Counted from the stretch's first letter, positions 10,131 through 19,922 are shown. The stretch: DNA of 64,000 bases from Bacillota bacterium (GCA_023420935.1 JAEZUR010000071.1:47434-111433), one strand, 5' to 3'. Notes: generated by a model not told the origin, from the letters alone. Program-made: numbers and translations.

Positions 10131-10388
10131 TTACTCCGGGGCAGTCGCCTGTTCTAACTCAGTTAAGTATTGTAAAGCCTCTTGCGCATTGGAACCACAC
10201 ATATCTTCTGAAGGCTGTAAGGCAAGACATACAGCTGGTCGTTCCGGTTTGCCAAAAATATTACACTTATTATCTGATGATAATTGAATACAACGTACAC
10301 CGGCAGGCTTTCCATTTGGCATACCGGGAATGGATGAGGATATGGATGGGGCGATGCAGCATGCTGCACATTGAGGTCTACATTCCAT
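10131..10388 (-). CDS. YkgJ-family (UPF0153) cysteine-cluster protein
   Basis: MECRPQCAACCIAPSISSSIPGMPNGKPAGVRC... carries the CxxCxxCC signature of the short YkgJ family. SD AAGGAGAA is 6 nt upstream. The gene is visibly more GC-rich than its flanks. Confidence 0.7.
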   Translation of the reverse strand: MECRPQCAACCIAPSISSSIPGMPNGKPAGVRCIQLSSDNKCNIFGKPERPAVCLALQPSEDMCGSNAQEALQYLTELEQATAPE

Positions 10389-10449
10389 TTAAATTCTCCT
10401 TGTTATTTTTAGTATTGGTGAGAGGGTCAAAAGGCGATTTAGAAAGGTC

Positions 10450-10658
10450 ATATATCAATTTGCACAATTTAATTTATTCTTATGAAGTGATGCACAAGAT
10501 AATTTGATTCGCAACCCGCTCTCGCTTGGATGAAGTTCGTAGTGGTACGTAAGTTCCTACAGTACAGGAACTAAGTACCAACGACTTCATAACAGTTGCT
10601 CTTCCAATTATCTTGTGTATCACTTTTGGATAGGTTGTGGATGTGCAAATTAATATAT
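10450..10658. repeat. Nested inverted-repeat (long rod-like hairpin) element; candidate structured ncRNA or MITE-like element
   Basis: Outer arms are 10450-10466/10642-10658 (16/17). Middle arms are 10485-10504/10606-10625 (19 WC plus 1 G:T). The inner stems are 10530-10540/10581-10590, 10543-10548/10575-10580 and 10552-10558/10566-10572, closing a 7-nt loop. Confidence 0.5.
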
Positions 10659-10757
10659 TTAGGTTGTTCAAAGGGGGTTGGCACTCTATGTATAGTAATA
10701 AAAGTATAAGGGAATTGAGTGGATATGGCAATATGAATATGCTAGGAGATTTGAAAT

Positions 10758-10814
10758 GAGATTAAAATGGAGAATTAAAATAGAACATTAAAATAGAGAA
10801 TTAAAATAGGTAGT
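10758..10814. repeat. Four tandem copies of a roughly 13-nt unit (GAGAATTAAAATA-like)
   Basis: gagattaaaatg / gagaattaaaata / gaacattaaaata / gagaattaaaata, read directly from the sequence. Confidence 0.7.
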
Positions 10815-10893
10815 TGATGATTATGTTGTATATAGTAGGAAATGAATGGGAATTATTTAGGCAGAGTTTTGTGAGGAAAGGGCTTAAGACACT

Positions 10894-10922
10894 TTGACAA
10901 ATAATGGATATACTGATATAGT
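10894..10922 (+). promoter_or_regulatory. Sigma-A type promoter of the moxR operon
   Basis: TTGACA (10894-10899), 17-nt spacer, TATAGT (10917-10922). Confidence 0.55.
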
Positions 10923-10956
10923 TAAGGTAGAATACGGTTCTTAGGTGGAGGAAAAT

Positions 10957-11895
10957 ATGGATAATTATATGCAGATGATACAACAGATTATGTGTGAGGT
11001 TAAAAAGGTTGTAAAAGGTAAGGACTCGATTGTTGAAAAGGTATTAACTACGGTATTAGCAAAGGGGCATATATTAATAGAAGATATTCCTGGAGTTGGA
11101 AAGACAACTTTGGCTATGGCGTTTGCTCGGAGTATGGAATTAGAACAACATCGTATGCAATTTACACCGGATGTATTACCGACGGATGTGGTTGGATTTA
11201 ATATACTAGATAAGCATCAGAATTTTGAGTATAAGGCTGGAGCAGTTTTATGTAACTTATTTTTAGCAGATGAGATTAATCGAACTTCGTCCAAAACTCA
11301 ATCTGCCTTATTGGAGGTTATGGAAGAAGGAAGAATAACGGTTGATGGAGAGACGAGAGAAGTGCCAAAGCCGTTTCATGTAATTGCCACCCAGAACCCA
11401 ATTGGCTCTGTTGGAACCCAGATGCTTCCAGAGTCCCAACTAGACCGTTTTATGGTTAGGTTAACTATGGGATATCCAGACATTGAACATGAGATAGACA
11501 TATTAAAAGGAAAGCATAAAGATAATTCCATGGAACAAGTGAATCGAGTGGTAAGCAGACAAGAATTAATGGACATGCAGAGTCAGGCAGAAAAAGTCTT
11601 TACCCACGATAAAATTTTTAGCTACATTGCTTCCTTGGTTGCGGCAACAAGAAACCATCCGTATATTGAATTAGGAGTAAGTCCTAGAGGTACCATTGCG
11701 ATTGCGGCTATGGCAAGAGCTAGTGCTTATGTAAAAGGGAGAGATTACGTACTCCCAGAAGATGTAAAATATATTTTTGAAGATGTAACAAAGCATCGTT
11801 TATTATTAAATTCAAAAGCAAGAGTGAACCATATAACATATGAGCAGGTAATAACTGAAGTTATGAGACAGGTACCGATACCAAAGGTGGTGTGA
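10957..11895 (+). CDS. MoxR-family AAA+ ATPase
   Basis: Walker A GVGKTTLA, Walker B FLADEINR, and the characteristic QNPIGSVGTQ.LPESQLDRF block. ATG 10957 follows GGAGG. Confidence 0.9.
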   Translation: MDNYMQMIQQIMCEVKKVVKGKDSIVEKVLTTVLAKGHILIEDIPGVGKTTLAMAFARSMELEQHRMQFTPDVLPTDVVGFNILDKHQNFEYKAGAVLCNLFLADEINRTSSKTQSALLEVMEEGRITVDGETREVPKPFHVIATQNPIGSVGTQMLPESQLDRFMVRLTMGYPDIEHEIDILKGKHKDNSMEQVNRVVSRQELMDMQSQAEKVFTHDKIFSYIASLVAATRNHPYIELGVSPRGTIAIAAMARASAYVKGRDYVLPEDVKYIFEDVTKHRLLLNSKARVNHITYEQVITEVMRQVPIPKVV

Positions 11896-11899
11896 GTAC

Positions 11900-13072
11900 A
11901 TGATAAGAAATAAAATTTTGTATTTGTTGCTAGCAAGTTATAGTGTTGTATTTGCAATCTTATATAATGCGTATGTAACTGCAACCATAATGGTATTAAT
12001 CCTATGTTTACCTGTTTTTTTACTTGTGATTTTATTTGGGACTACACCATTTATTAAAGTGAAAGTATATCGTTCGGAGAAACTGGTTACCAGAGGAGAG
12101 GACATTACAATTTCTGTTCAAGTAAAAAATACATCCATTTTTCCAATTACTTATTGTAGATTATATTTTGTAAGTTATGGAGAAGGGAAAAAGGAACAGG
12201 TGAAGGAACAGATTCGCATCGCAATGGATGCGAAAAGTGAACAAATTATTCGTTGTCAGATTAAAGCCAATCATTGCGGCATTATGACATTCTCCTGTGA
12301 TACAGTAAGAAATTATGACTATTTTCGTATTTTTTCCTTACGTAAGCCATGCAAGAAGCAGATTAAAATCATGGTATTACCAAAACTGTACGAGATAGAG
12401 GAAGAGTTTATTCCCAACCCATGTGGTATCGTAATGGATAGTGATGTCTTTTCAAAGAAAAAATCAGGGGATGATCCTTCTGAAGTGTTTGGAATTCGAG
12501 AGTATCAAGAGGGGGACCGATTACATCGCATCCACTGGAAATTAAGTTCCAAGAAAGATCAGTTAATGATAAAAGAATTTAGCTTACCAGTGAATTGTTC
12601 TGTTGATATCTTAGTAGATTTATATGTAAAGAATGGTAAAGATATGGGAGTCGTAGATGCAATCTACGAAACGTTAGCATCCGTATCCAATCACTTATCT
12701 TTATGTGGTATCCTTCATTCCGTAACTTGGTATGATACAGAAAATCAGGAATGTATAAGAGTACATGTAGAGGAATGGGATCATATTTATGATGCACTCG
12801 AAGCGTTGTTTCGTTCAATTTCCTACCAAGAGAAGGATAAGTTTTTACAAGTTTATAGGGATGAATTTGGTCGGTTTCCAATGGCGGATACCTTTTATAT
12901 TGGACAAGGGACACCAGAATTTGTGGAGACTTATTTAGTTCCAACTAAGGAAACTAGACTACATGTATTATGTCTTGGCAAACAGGAAACGGTGAAGGAT
13001 AGAATGGATACAAATATATCCTTTATTGAACTTGAAAACCTGGAGGCTTCGTTAAAGAGGATGGTATTTTAG
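11900..13072 (+). CDS. DUF58 domain protein (MoxR partner, vWA-like), N-terminal TM segments
   Basis: GIREYQEGDRLHRIHWKLSSKKDQLMIKEF DUF58 signature; 5-nt gap after moxR. Confidence 0.8.
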   Translation: MIRNKILYLLLASYSVVFAILYNAYVTATIMVLILCLPVFLLVILFGTTPFIKVKVYRSEKLVTRGEDITISVQVKNTSIFPITYCRLYFVSYGEGKKEQVKEQIRIAMDAKSEQIIRCQIKANHCGIMTFSCDTVRNYDYFRIFSLRKPCKKQIKIMVLPKLYEIEEEFIPNPCGIVMDSDVFSKKKSGDDPSEVFGIREYQEGDRLHRIHWKLSSKKDQLMIKEFSLPVNCSVDILVDLYVKNGKDMGVVDAIYETLASVSNHLSLCGILHSVTWYDTENQECIRVHVEEWDHIYDALEALFRSISYQEKDKFLQVYRDEFGRFPMADTFYIGQGTPEFVETYLVPTKETRLHVLCLGKQETVKDRMDTNISFIELENLEASLKRMVF

Positions 13073-13073
13073 A

Positions 13074-15542
13074 ATGTGGAAAATAAAGAAACGTAAACAC
13101 ACCAACGCAATCTTTCAAGAAGAGATCGAAATCGTATCGGTAGGAAAACAGTACTGGAGATATAGTGATTCTTTTTTGGATTTCATACTGGCTTTTTTAT
13201 TAATAACAACAGCAATATGGTGTTTTATTACGGGGTTGCATATCCAAGTATATGCACTTATATTAAACATTGGCATTTTCGGAATAGTAATGGTATTGTT
13301 TTTACTATTTCATAATAAAAAATATCTTAAGTATTTTGTTTTGGTATATATGGGATTAAGTCTTATCATAACATATCAATTTTTATATGAAATATCACAG
13401 GGTTATCGGGTGATAGCCAATCAATTTGCAGAATATTTTAATGTGTATTATGATGCTGACTTAGTAAAATTTTTAGTTGATGAAGGCTTGGTAGAACTAA
13501 ATAATACCATTTTCATTATATTTTTCCTATCCTGGTTTTTGTTTCTTTTTTTCTTTTTGAAATTACATCACTTTCATTTGTTATCTGTAGTACTCATATC
13601 TTTATTGTTAGCTTTGCCTTTAAGTGTTGGACAACTACCAAATTCCATTAGTTTTGCTCTGTATTTTATCCTTGCGTTAGCGATGATAGGTGGTAATACA
13701 CATGGAATGAAGGGAAAGACTAAAGTAATACGAGTGAGAGCTTCTGGGCTGTTGTTCGCTGGAGGAATTGTAATGTATCTTATCATACTTCTTCTATTTA
13801 AACCTTCTGATTACCAAGATAAGGTACAAGTAGAGGATATTAAGTCTTCCATGCAGACAACCTTGATTGATTTTTCTAAGAGTGATTTCTTTGATGATAC
13901 TATTTTAGAAGAGTGGTTTCCATACGGAGGCGGCGCTGCATCTGGCGGCCTAAATGGTGGAAAGTTAGGACGAGCGGAACAAGTTGTATTCTCACAGAAG
14001 ACGGCATTAGTTGTCACTGGTCCATTAACAATGAATGAAAGAACGTATCTAAGGGGGTATGTTGGAGTTCAATACTTAGGCGATAACTGGGGACAATTAT
14101 CCAAGGAAGAAAAAGCACAATATAACCAAATTACAGAGAAATTTGACCAAGAAGATTTATCTATAGATAACATGGCAATTGATTTTATAAACAATCCAGC
14201 GATCACCAATGAAACATGGAAGCTAGATATCGAAAATATAAATACGGGAAAGAAAAGTAGTTTTTTACCATATTATACAAAAAATTCGATGCATTTTAGC
14301 AAAAAAGGACGAGTCTTATTAGATGGAGAGAAGGACAATAAGAAATACTCGATTGAATATTATCCTGTATTTAATCGCAACACCTTTCATTATATGGCTC
14401 TTGATACTTACGATTGGGTGGGAGATAATCCATCCAATGTTCAACTGGAAGAGGAATATCGATCCTATGTTTATGATGTCTACACGAAAAATCCGGATCT
14501 GGATGAACGCATTAAGCAAACATTTGAACCTTATAAGATGCAACAAGGCGATTATAGTACTATATCCATATTAAATTGCGTTCAAATGGTAGTTAGTTAT
14601 CTGCATACCTATACAGAATATAGCCTCTCTCCAGGTATGTTGCCTCAAGGGGAAGATTTTGTTGATTACTTTTTGTTTGAAAATAAAAAAGGCTACTGTA
14701 CCCATTATGCTTCTTCGGCAGCAGTCTTATTAAGATATTTAGGAATTCCCACAAGATATGTAGAAGGCTATGTGATCTCGGAATATGATTTACAACATGC
14801 CAAGGTATCTAAAAAAGATGGAACCTTAACCATGAAATTAAAGGATACCAATGCTCATGCATGGGTGGAAGTTTATCTAAGTAAATTAGGATGGGTTCCC
14901 ATCGAAGTGACACCAGGATATGGTGGTAATACCCAGATACCACAAGCAATTTTAGAGCAGATTGAGAAAAAAGCACAAAATCCAGTTGGTCAGAATATAC
15001 CGGGTAATGCGGGTATGCCATATAATAATATGCCAACACCAACTGGGACAACCAGTCAGTTAATAGGAAATCAGGTAAAACATAATCAAGAAGACACAAT
15101 GAGTGAATATATAATTCGGATGCTTGAAATCATTGGTGTTATTATTTTAGTACTTATTGTAGTAATTCTTGTTGGTTTCATGAAGCAGACTTATTGGCAT
15201 TTTCAAAGAAAAAAGGTATTACGAAGTTCAGATAATCGTGCAAAAATTCGTTTTATTACTAAATATTTGGACAAACTATTTTTGAAATATGGAATCGTTT
15301 ACCAGGGTGAACCACAGGACGAATTTGCAAAAAAGGTGGAAGATAAATTTCAATTTCTAAAACAAGAATCTTTTCATACAATTTTTTCTATTATATTAAA
15401 AGCGGGGTTTTCAGAAATTAAAATGGAAGAGAAACATGTTAATTCGGTAGTAGATTTCTTTGACATGTTTTGTATTAATATATATAAAAGTGCGCCGAGG
15501 AGAAAACGAGTCGTGTTTAAAATATTTGGTTATTTTTCGTAA
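13074..15542 (+). CDS. Multi-pass membrane transglutaminase-like protein
   Basis: Many TM helices. The TGase core is KKGYCTHYASSAAVLLRYLGIPTRYVEGY ... NAHAWVEVY. It starts 2 nt after the DUF58 stop. Confidence 0.8.
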   Translation: MWKIKKRKHTNAIFQEEIEIVSVGKQYWRYSDSFLDFILAFLLITTAIWCFITGLHIQVYALILNIGIFGIVMVLFLLFHNKKYLKYFVLVYMGLSLIITYQFLYEISQGYRVIANQFAEYFNVYYDADLVKFLVDEGLVELNNTIFIIFFLSWFLFLFFFLKLHHFHLLSVVLISLLLALPLSVGQLPNSISFALYFILALAMIGGNTHGMKGKTKVIRVRASGLLFAGGIVMYLIILLLFKPSDYQDKVQVEDIKSSMQTTLIDFSKSDFFDDTILEEWFPYGGGAASGGLNGGKLGRAEQVVFSQKTALVVTGPLTMNERTYLRGYVGVQYLGDNWGQLSKEEKAQYNQITEKFDQEDLSIDNMAIDFINNPAITNETWKLDIENINTGKKSSFLPYYTKNSMHFSKKGRVLLDGEKDNKKYSIEYYPVFNRNTFHYMALDTYDWVGDNPSNVQLEEEYRSYVYDVYTKNPDLDERIKQTFEPYKMQQGDYSTISILNCVQMVVSYLHTYTEYSLSPGMLPQGEDFVDYFLFENKKGYCTHYASSAAVLLRYLGIPTRYVEGYVISEYDLQHAKVSKKDGTLTMKLKDTNAHAWVEVYLSKLGWVPIEVTPGYGGNTQIPQAILEQIEKKAQNPVGQNIPGNAGMPYNNMPTPTGTTSQLIGNQVKHNQEDTMSEYIIRMLEIIGVIILVLIVVILVGFMKQTYWHFQRKKVLRSSDNRAKIRFITKYLDKLFLKYGIVYQGEPQDEFAKKVEDKFQFLKQESFHTIFSIILKAGFSEIKMEEKHVNSVVDFFDMFCINIYKSAPRRKRVVFKIFGYFS

Positions 15543-15612
15543 CAATTAATTGACAAAATTCATCATCGACTATAATATAAGGGTAACATAGTCGAAAAAG
15601 GGGGCACAAACT

Positions 15613-16545
15613 ATGGGGTTTGATTTGTCGCTTGTAATAGATGTAATTATGAATAATTCACAAGATACCATTTATTTTAAAGACAAAGAATCAAAATTCT
15701 TACTAAACAGTAAAGCACATGCAATACAATTTGGTATAGAAGATCCAAAGGATCTAGTCGGCATGAGTGATTTCGACTTCTTTCCTGAAGAGTTTGCTAG
15801 AAATGCTTATCAGGATGAATTAACCATAATGGAGACAGGAATCCCTATTATTGGAAAGGTTGAGAAATGGGAAGACGCCGGAGCGAGTGTATGGTTTTCA
15901 GCATCTAAGTATCCATTTTATGATCGTGAAGGTAATATAATTGGTACATGGGGTACCTCAAGGGATATCACCACACTTAAATTAGCGGAAGAAGAACTTA
16001 CTTATGTGAATAAGCAATTAGAAAAAGCAAATCTTCAATTAAAAGAGCAGTCCAATGTAGATGGACTCTCTAGGCTATATAATCATAGGCATTTTTGTGA
16101 AACATTGGAAAATACTATATATTATTACCGTAAGTCTAAAGAACGCCAAGAGGACAATACCTTCTGTGTTATGATGCTGGACATAGATTGCTTTAAGCAG
16201 ATCAATGATACCTATGGGCATTTGATTGGTGATATCGCAATTAAGCATGTAGCGGAGTTAATCACTTCTAATACAAGAGATAAGGATATCTGTTTTCGCT
16301 GTGGTGGCGATGAGTTCGCTATTATACTTTTAGACACAGGATTAACGAAAGGTAGAATTCTCGCAGATCGTATCAGAACGGTAATTGAAGAGAGTCGTTT
16401 GATTGCTAAAGATATTGATTTACTAGTTACAGTCAGTATCGGTATTTCGTGCTATGATGATGAAGAAGATATTAATAGCTTAATACAAAAAGCAGATAGT
16501 AAATTATATCTATCCAAGCGTATGGGTAAGAATCAAGTTAATTAA
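15613..16545 (+). CDS. PAS-domain diguanylate cyclase (GGDEF)
   Basis: Intact GGDEF (RCGGDEFAI) with an RxxD I-site (RDKD) five residues upstream. An N-terminal PAS-like region is present. Confidence 0.85.
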   Translation: MGFDLSLVIDVIMNNSQDTIYFKDKESKFLLNSKAHAIQFGIEDPKDLVGMSDFDFFPEEFARNAYQDELTIMETGIPIIGKVEKWEDAGASVWFSASKYPFYDREGNIIGTWGTSRDITTLKLAEEELTYVNKQLEKANLQLKEQSNVDGLSRLYNHRHFCETLENTIYYYRKSKERQEDNTFCVMMLDIDCFKQINDTYGHLIGDIAIKHVAELITSNTRDKDICFRCGGDEFAIILLDTGLTKGRILADRIRTVIEESRLIAKDIDLLVTVSIGISCYDDEEDINSLIQKADSKLYLSKRMGKNQVN

Positions 16546-16554
16546 GGTAACGAA

Positions 16555-16588
16555 GGAGTTCATATGATAAATAGGAACTCCTTTTTTT
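16555..16588 (+). terminator. Intrinsic terminator after the GGDEF gene
   Basis: GGAGTTC (16555-16561) / GAACTCC (16575-16581) followed by T7. Confidence 0.7.
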
Positions 16589-16630
16589 GATTACTCCTTT
16601 TTGATTACTCCTTTTTGATTATTCCTTTTT
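16589..16630. repeat. Three tandem 14-nt repeats (GATTACTCCTTTTT)
   Basis: gattactccttttt x2 plus gattattccttttt. Each copy echoes the 3' half of the preceding terminator. Confidence 0.7.
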
Positions 16631-16725
16631 GCTTTTGCTGTTGTGTTTTAAATCATGTTGATTTATAATTGTGATAATATCAATATTCATTACTAATATT
16701 AAATTTACATAAAGGAGAAGATACT

Positions 16726-18519
16726 ATGAAAGGTACTGTTGTTTCATCATGGGTAGAGTCATGTAGAAAATTATTTGGAAATCAAGTAGTAAATCAAGCA
16801 TTGCAAGCAAATGGATTAGAGGCAGAACACATATTTTCACCACTAGAAGATATAGAAGATTCTATAGCAAAAGGAGTAATTGATAAAGTCGGAAGTTTGG
16901 TTGGAAAGAATCACAAAGATATTTGGGCAACCATGGGTGAGGAGAATATTAAAACGTTTAGTAAGAATTATCCAGGATTCTTTCGTCATGAGTCAGCATA
17001 TCAGTTTTTAAAATCAATGAATGACGTACATGTAATCGTTATGAAACGCTTTAAAGGTGCAGTTCCGCCAATCCTTGATGTTGTTCCAATCTCAAGTAAA
17101 GAAGTTCATTTTATCTATCGCTCGAAAAGAGGAATGAGTGACTATCTTGCCGGTCTTATTAAAGGAGTAGCAGATTATTTTAATGAGAAGATAGAAGTAG
17201 AAATAATAAGTCAAAGTGAAGGAGAAACAGTATTAAAACTTGGCTTTGAACAGGAGATCCAATCAACGAAAAAATATCGACTGAATCAATTATTATCACT
17301 TGGATTCATAAAAAGTGTTTCTGTAAAAGCAGCAATCATAAACACAATTATCCTTACTCCAGCAACATTAGCACTTTCAAATGACCTTAAAACTTCGCTT
17401 ATAGTTGGAGGTTTGACTTTGGTAGTTTCCTATTTCTCATCCAAGGTTTTAAATCGTCCACAAAAAATGATTATGAGCCAGCTTGAATTATTAAGTAAAC
17501 GTAACTTTATTGAATCAGTTCATCTTCGTTCTCGAGATGAATATGAATTACTTATGAATGAAATCAATGAGATTAAAAAGAATGTGCAGAAAGATTTCAT
17601 TGGTTTTAATGCAATCGTTGATGAACTTTATACATTTAATAAATCTGTATCTGACATTTCTCAGACCATGCAAGAAACATCCAATGATATTACAGATGTA
17701 TTAGATGAAGTAGCCGTAGCTGCAACTACACAAGCGGAAGATACAGAAAAGGCAATTAATGTATTAAATGATAGTATACATAATGTGACTCGTATTTCTG
17801 ATGATGGACAGAATAATAAGGGTCAGATTGAAGAAGCAGTGGAACAAATAGAAGATAGTTTCCACAATGTAGAGGATACCGCATCAAAAATTACAGCAGT
17901 GTTGAATGAATTTAATCAAATAAGAAAGAATAGTAATGAACTACAAGAAAATGCAGATAATATTACTCAGATAGTCTTAATCGTATCTGCTATTGCTAAG
18001 CAAATTAATCTATTGGCATTGAATGCTTCAATTGAGGCAGCTAGAGCTGGTGAAGCTGGAAAAGGGTTTACTGTGGTTGCAGAAGAAGTAAGAAAACTGT
18101 CAGAAGAAACGAACAATGCAGTGGAACAGATTAATGGAAGCTTAACAAGTTTTGTTTCTAGTATTGGAAATGTGGTAGAGGGAATCGATGTACAATATAC
18201 CGTACTTGAGACAGAAAATACGAAGCTAACTGGTGCTGTTGAAAGTTCAAGTAAATCGAACAAACGCCTAAAAGTAGTATCTGATCTGATGATTCAAACC
18301 TCTCAAGAATTAAAAGTGGAAGCCGACAATATCTCATCACTATTTGATGGTATTCAAAATCTTGCAGCAATTGCAGAAGAGAATTCAGCAGCAACAGAAG
18401 AAGCAAGTTCCAATGTAGCAATTTATGTTGATCAGATTAATGAGTTAACCGAGCAAATAGCGGTATTTGATTCTATGATTAAGAATTTCCAGGAAGATTT
18501 AAGTAATTATGAAATATAG
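16726..18519 (+). CDS. Methyl-accepting chemotaxis protein with N-terminal H-NOX (heme NO/O2-binding) sensor domain
   Basis: The N-terminus [22 protein letters not shown] aligns with Thermoanaerobacter H-NOX. His102, the Y131-S133-R135 motif and the W9/N74/Y140 distal pocket are all present. Two TM segments follow, then the MCP signalling core [27 protein letters not shown]. Confidence 0.85.
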   Translation: MKGTVVSSWVESCRKLFGNQVVNQALQANGLEAEHIFSPLEDIEDSIAKGVIDKVGSLVGKNHKDIWATMGEENIKTFSKNYPGFFRHESAYQFLKSMNDVHVIVMKRFKGAVPPILDVVPISSKEVHFIYRSKRGMSDYLAGLIKGVADYFNEKIEVEIISQSEGETVLKLGFEQEIQSTKKYRLNQLLSLGFIKSVSVKAAIINTIILTPATLALSNDLKTSLIVGGLTLVVSYFSSKVLNRPQKMIMSQLELLSKRNFIESVHLRSRDEYELLMNEINEIKKNVQKDFIGFNAIVDELYTFNKSVSDISQTMQETSNDITDVLDEVAVAATTQAEDTEKAINVLNDSIHNVTRISDDGQNNKGQIEEAVEQIEDSFHNVEDTASKITAVLNEFNQIRKNSNELQENADNITQIVLIVSAIAKQINLLALNASIEAARAGEAGKGFTVVAEEVRKLSEETNNAVEQINGSLTSFVSSIGNVVEGIDVQYTVLETENTKLTGAVESSSKSNKRLKVVSDLMIQTSQELKVEADNISSLFDGIQNLAAIAEENSAATEEASSNVAIYVDQINELTEQIAVFDSMIKNFQEDLSNYEI

Positions 18520-18530
18520 GAGAATTGAGA

Positions 18531-19922
18531 ATGGAACTTACAACCATAAAGGAGTTATATCGTAAAAAGGAGGAATACACGAACCAGAGCATTACGGTTG
18601 GGGGATGGGTTCGAAGTATAAGGGATTCTAAAAATTTTGGATTTATCGTACTTCATGATGGAACCTTCTTCGAGACCTTGCAGGTAGTGTACGATAACAC
18701 GCTTCGCAATTTTTCAGAGATTACGAAATTAAATGTAGGCGCTGCCATTATTGTGAATGGAATACTTGTGGAAACTCCAGGAGCAAAACAACCATTTGAA
18801 ATTAAAGCGGAAGAAATTGTGATAGAGGGAAGTTCTGCGCCAGAATATCCGCTACAAAAAAAGAGACATTCCTTTGAATATTTAAGAACCATTGCACATT
18901 TAAGACCAAGAACGAATACTTTTCAAGCCGTTTTTCGTGTGCGCTCACTCATTGCATTTGCAATTCATAAGTTTTTTCAAGAGAGAGACTTTGTTTATGT
19001 TCATACTCCAATCATTACAGGAAGTGATTGTGAGGGTGCAGGGGAAATGTTTCGTGTTACAACCATGGATCTTGTGAACCTGCCAAAAGATGCTGTGGGT
19101 AAGATAGACTTTAGTGAAGATTTCTTTGGAAAAGAAACAAGTCTTACTGTAAGTGGACAATTAAATGGGGAAACGTATGCAATGGCATTTCGAAATATAT
19201 ATACGTTTGGACCTACCTTTCGTGCAGAAAATTCCAATACAACCAGACATGCCGCTGAGTTTTGGATGATTGAACCTGAGATTGCCTTTGCTGATCTGAA
19301 AGATAATATGATACTTGCAGAAAGTATGATTAAGTATATTATTCGATATGTAATGGATCAAGCACCAGAAGAAATGGAATTTTTCAATCAATTTGTTGAT
19401 ACTGGTCTAATTGAACGGTTAAATGGAGTTGTAAATTCTGATTTTGCCCATGTTACGTATACGGAGGCAATCGAACTTTTAGAAAAATATAATGAGGAAT
19501 TTGATTATAAGGTTCACTGGGGCTGCGATTTACAGACGGAACATGAACGTTATTTAACGGAACAGGTATATAAACGTCCAGTATTTGTCACTGATTACCC
19601 AAAAGAAATCAAGGCTTTTTATATGAAGTTGAATGATGATAATAAGACGGTTGCCGCTATGGATTGCTTGGTACCTGGTATTGGTGAAATTATTGGAGGC
19701 AGCCAAAGAGAAGACGATTATCAGAGATTAATAGCGCGAATGCAGGAGCTAGATTTGAATCCAGAAGATTATGAATTTTACTTGGATCTTCGTAAATATG
19801 GATCCACAAGACATGCAGGTTTTGGTCTAGGTTTTGAGCGATGCGTGATGTATTTAACAGGAATGGCTAATATTAGAGATGTTATCCCGTTCCCACGTAC
19901 AGTAAACAATTGTGAGTTGTAA
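18531..19922 (+). CDS. asnS: Asparagine--tRNA ligase
   Basis: About 463 aa class II aaRS with [21 protein letters not shown] and GFGLGFER motifs. ATG 18531 lies 8 nt after AGGAG. Confidence 0.9.
   Translation: MELTTIKELYRKKEEYTNQSITVGGWVRSIRDSKNFGFIVLHDGTFFETLQVVYDNTLRNFSEITKLNVGAAIIVNGILVETPGAKQPFEIKAEEIVIEGSSAPEYPLQKKRHSFEYLRTIAHLRPRTNTFQAVFRVRSLIAFAIHKFFQERDFVYVHTPIITGSDCEGAGEMFRVTTMDLVNLPKDAVGKIDFSEDFFGKETSLTVSGQLNGETYAMAFRNIYTFGPTFRAENSNTTRHAAEFWMIEPEIAFADLKDNMILAESMIKYIIRYVMDQAPEEMEFFNQFVDTGLIERLNGVVNSDFAHVTYTEAIELLEKYNEEFDYKVHWGCDLQTEHERYLTEQVYKRPVFVTDYPKEIKAFYMKLNDDNKTVAAMDCLVPGIGEIIGGSQREDDYQRLIARMQELDLNPEDYEFYLDLRKYGSTRHAGFGLGFERCVMYLTGMANIRDVIPFPRTVNNCEL

Noticed and set aside
10127-10507. 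126-aa plus-strand ORF overlapping the ykgJ-like gene
   Set aside because: It is antisense to an ORF with a clear family signature (CxxCxxCC) and a good SD. Its own sequence has no recognisable motif and no SD.
10511-10535. tRNA-like T-arm (minus strand GCGGGTTGCGAATC) inside the hairpin element
   Set aside because: There is no complementary 3' strand, acceptor stem or anticodon arm. The resemblance to GGTTCGAATCC is partial.
10758-10814. Possible CRISPR array
   Set aside because: The units are only about 13 nt, directly abutting with no spacers, and no cas genes are present. This is a simple tandem repeat.
17990-18090. Near-identical nucleotide stretch shared with 25650..25750
   Set aside because: This is the highly conserved MCP signalling hairpin ([26 protein letters not shown]) present in both chemoreceptors. 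It is not a mobile repeat.
18520-18530. T-box leader or separate promoter for asnS
   Set aside because: Only 11 nt separate the MCP stop codon from the asnS ATG. There is no room for a leader.
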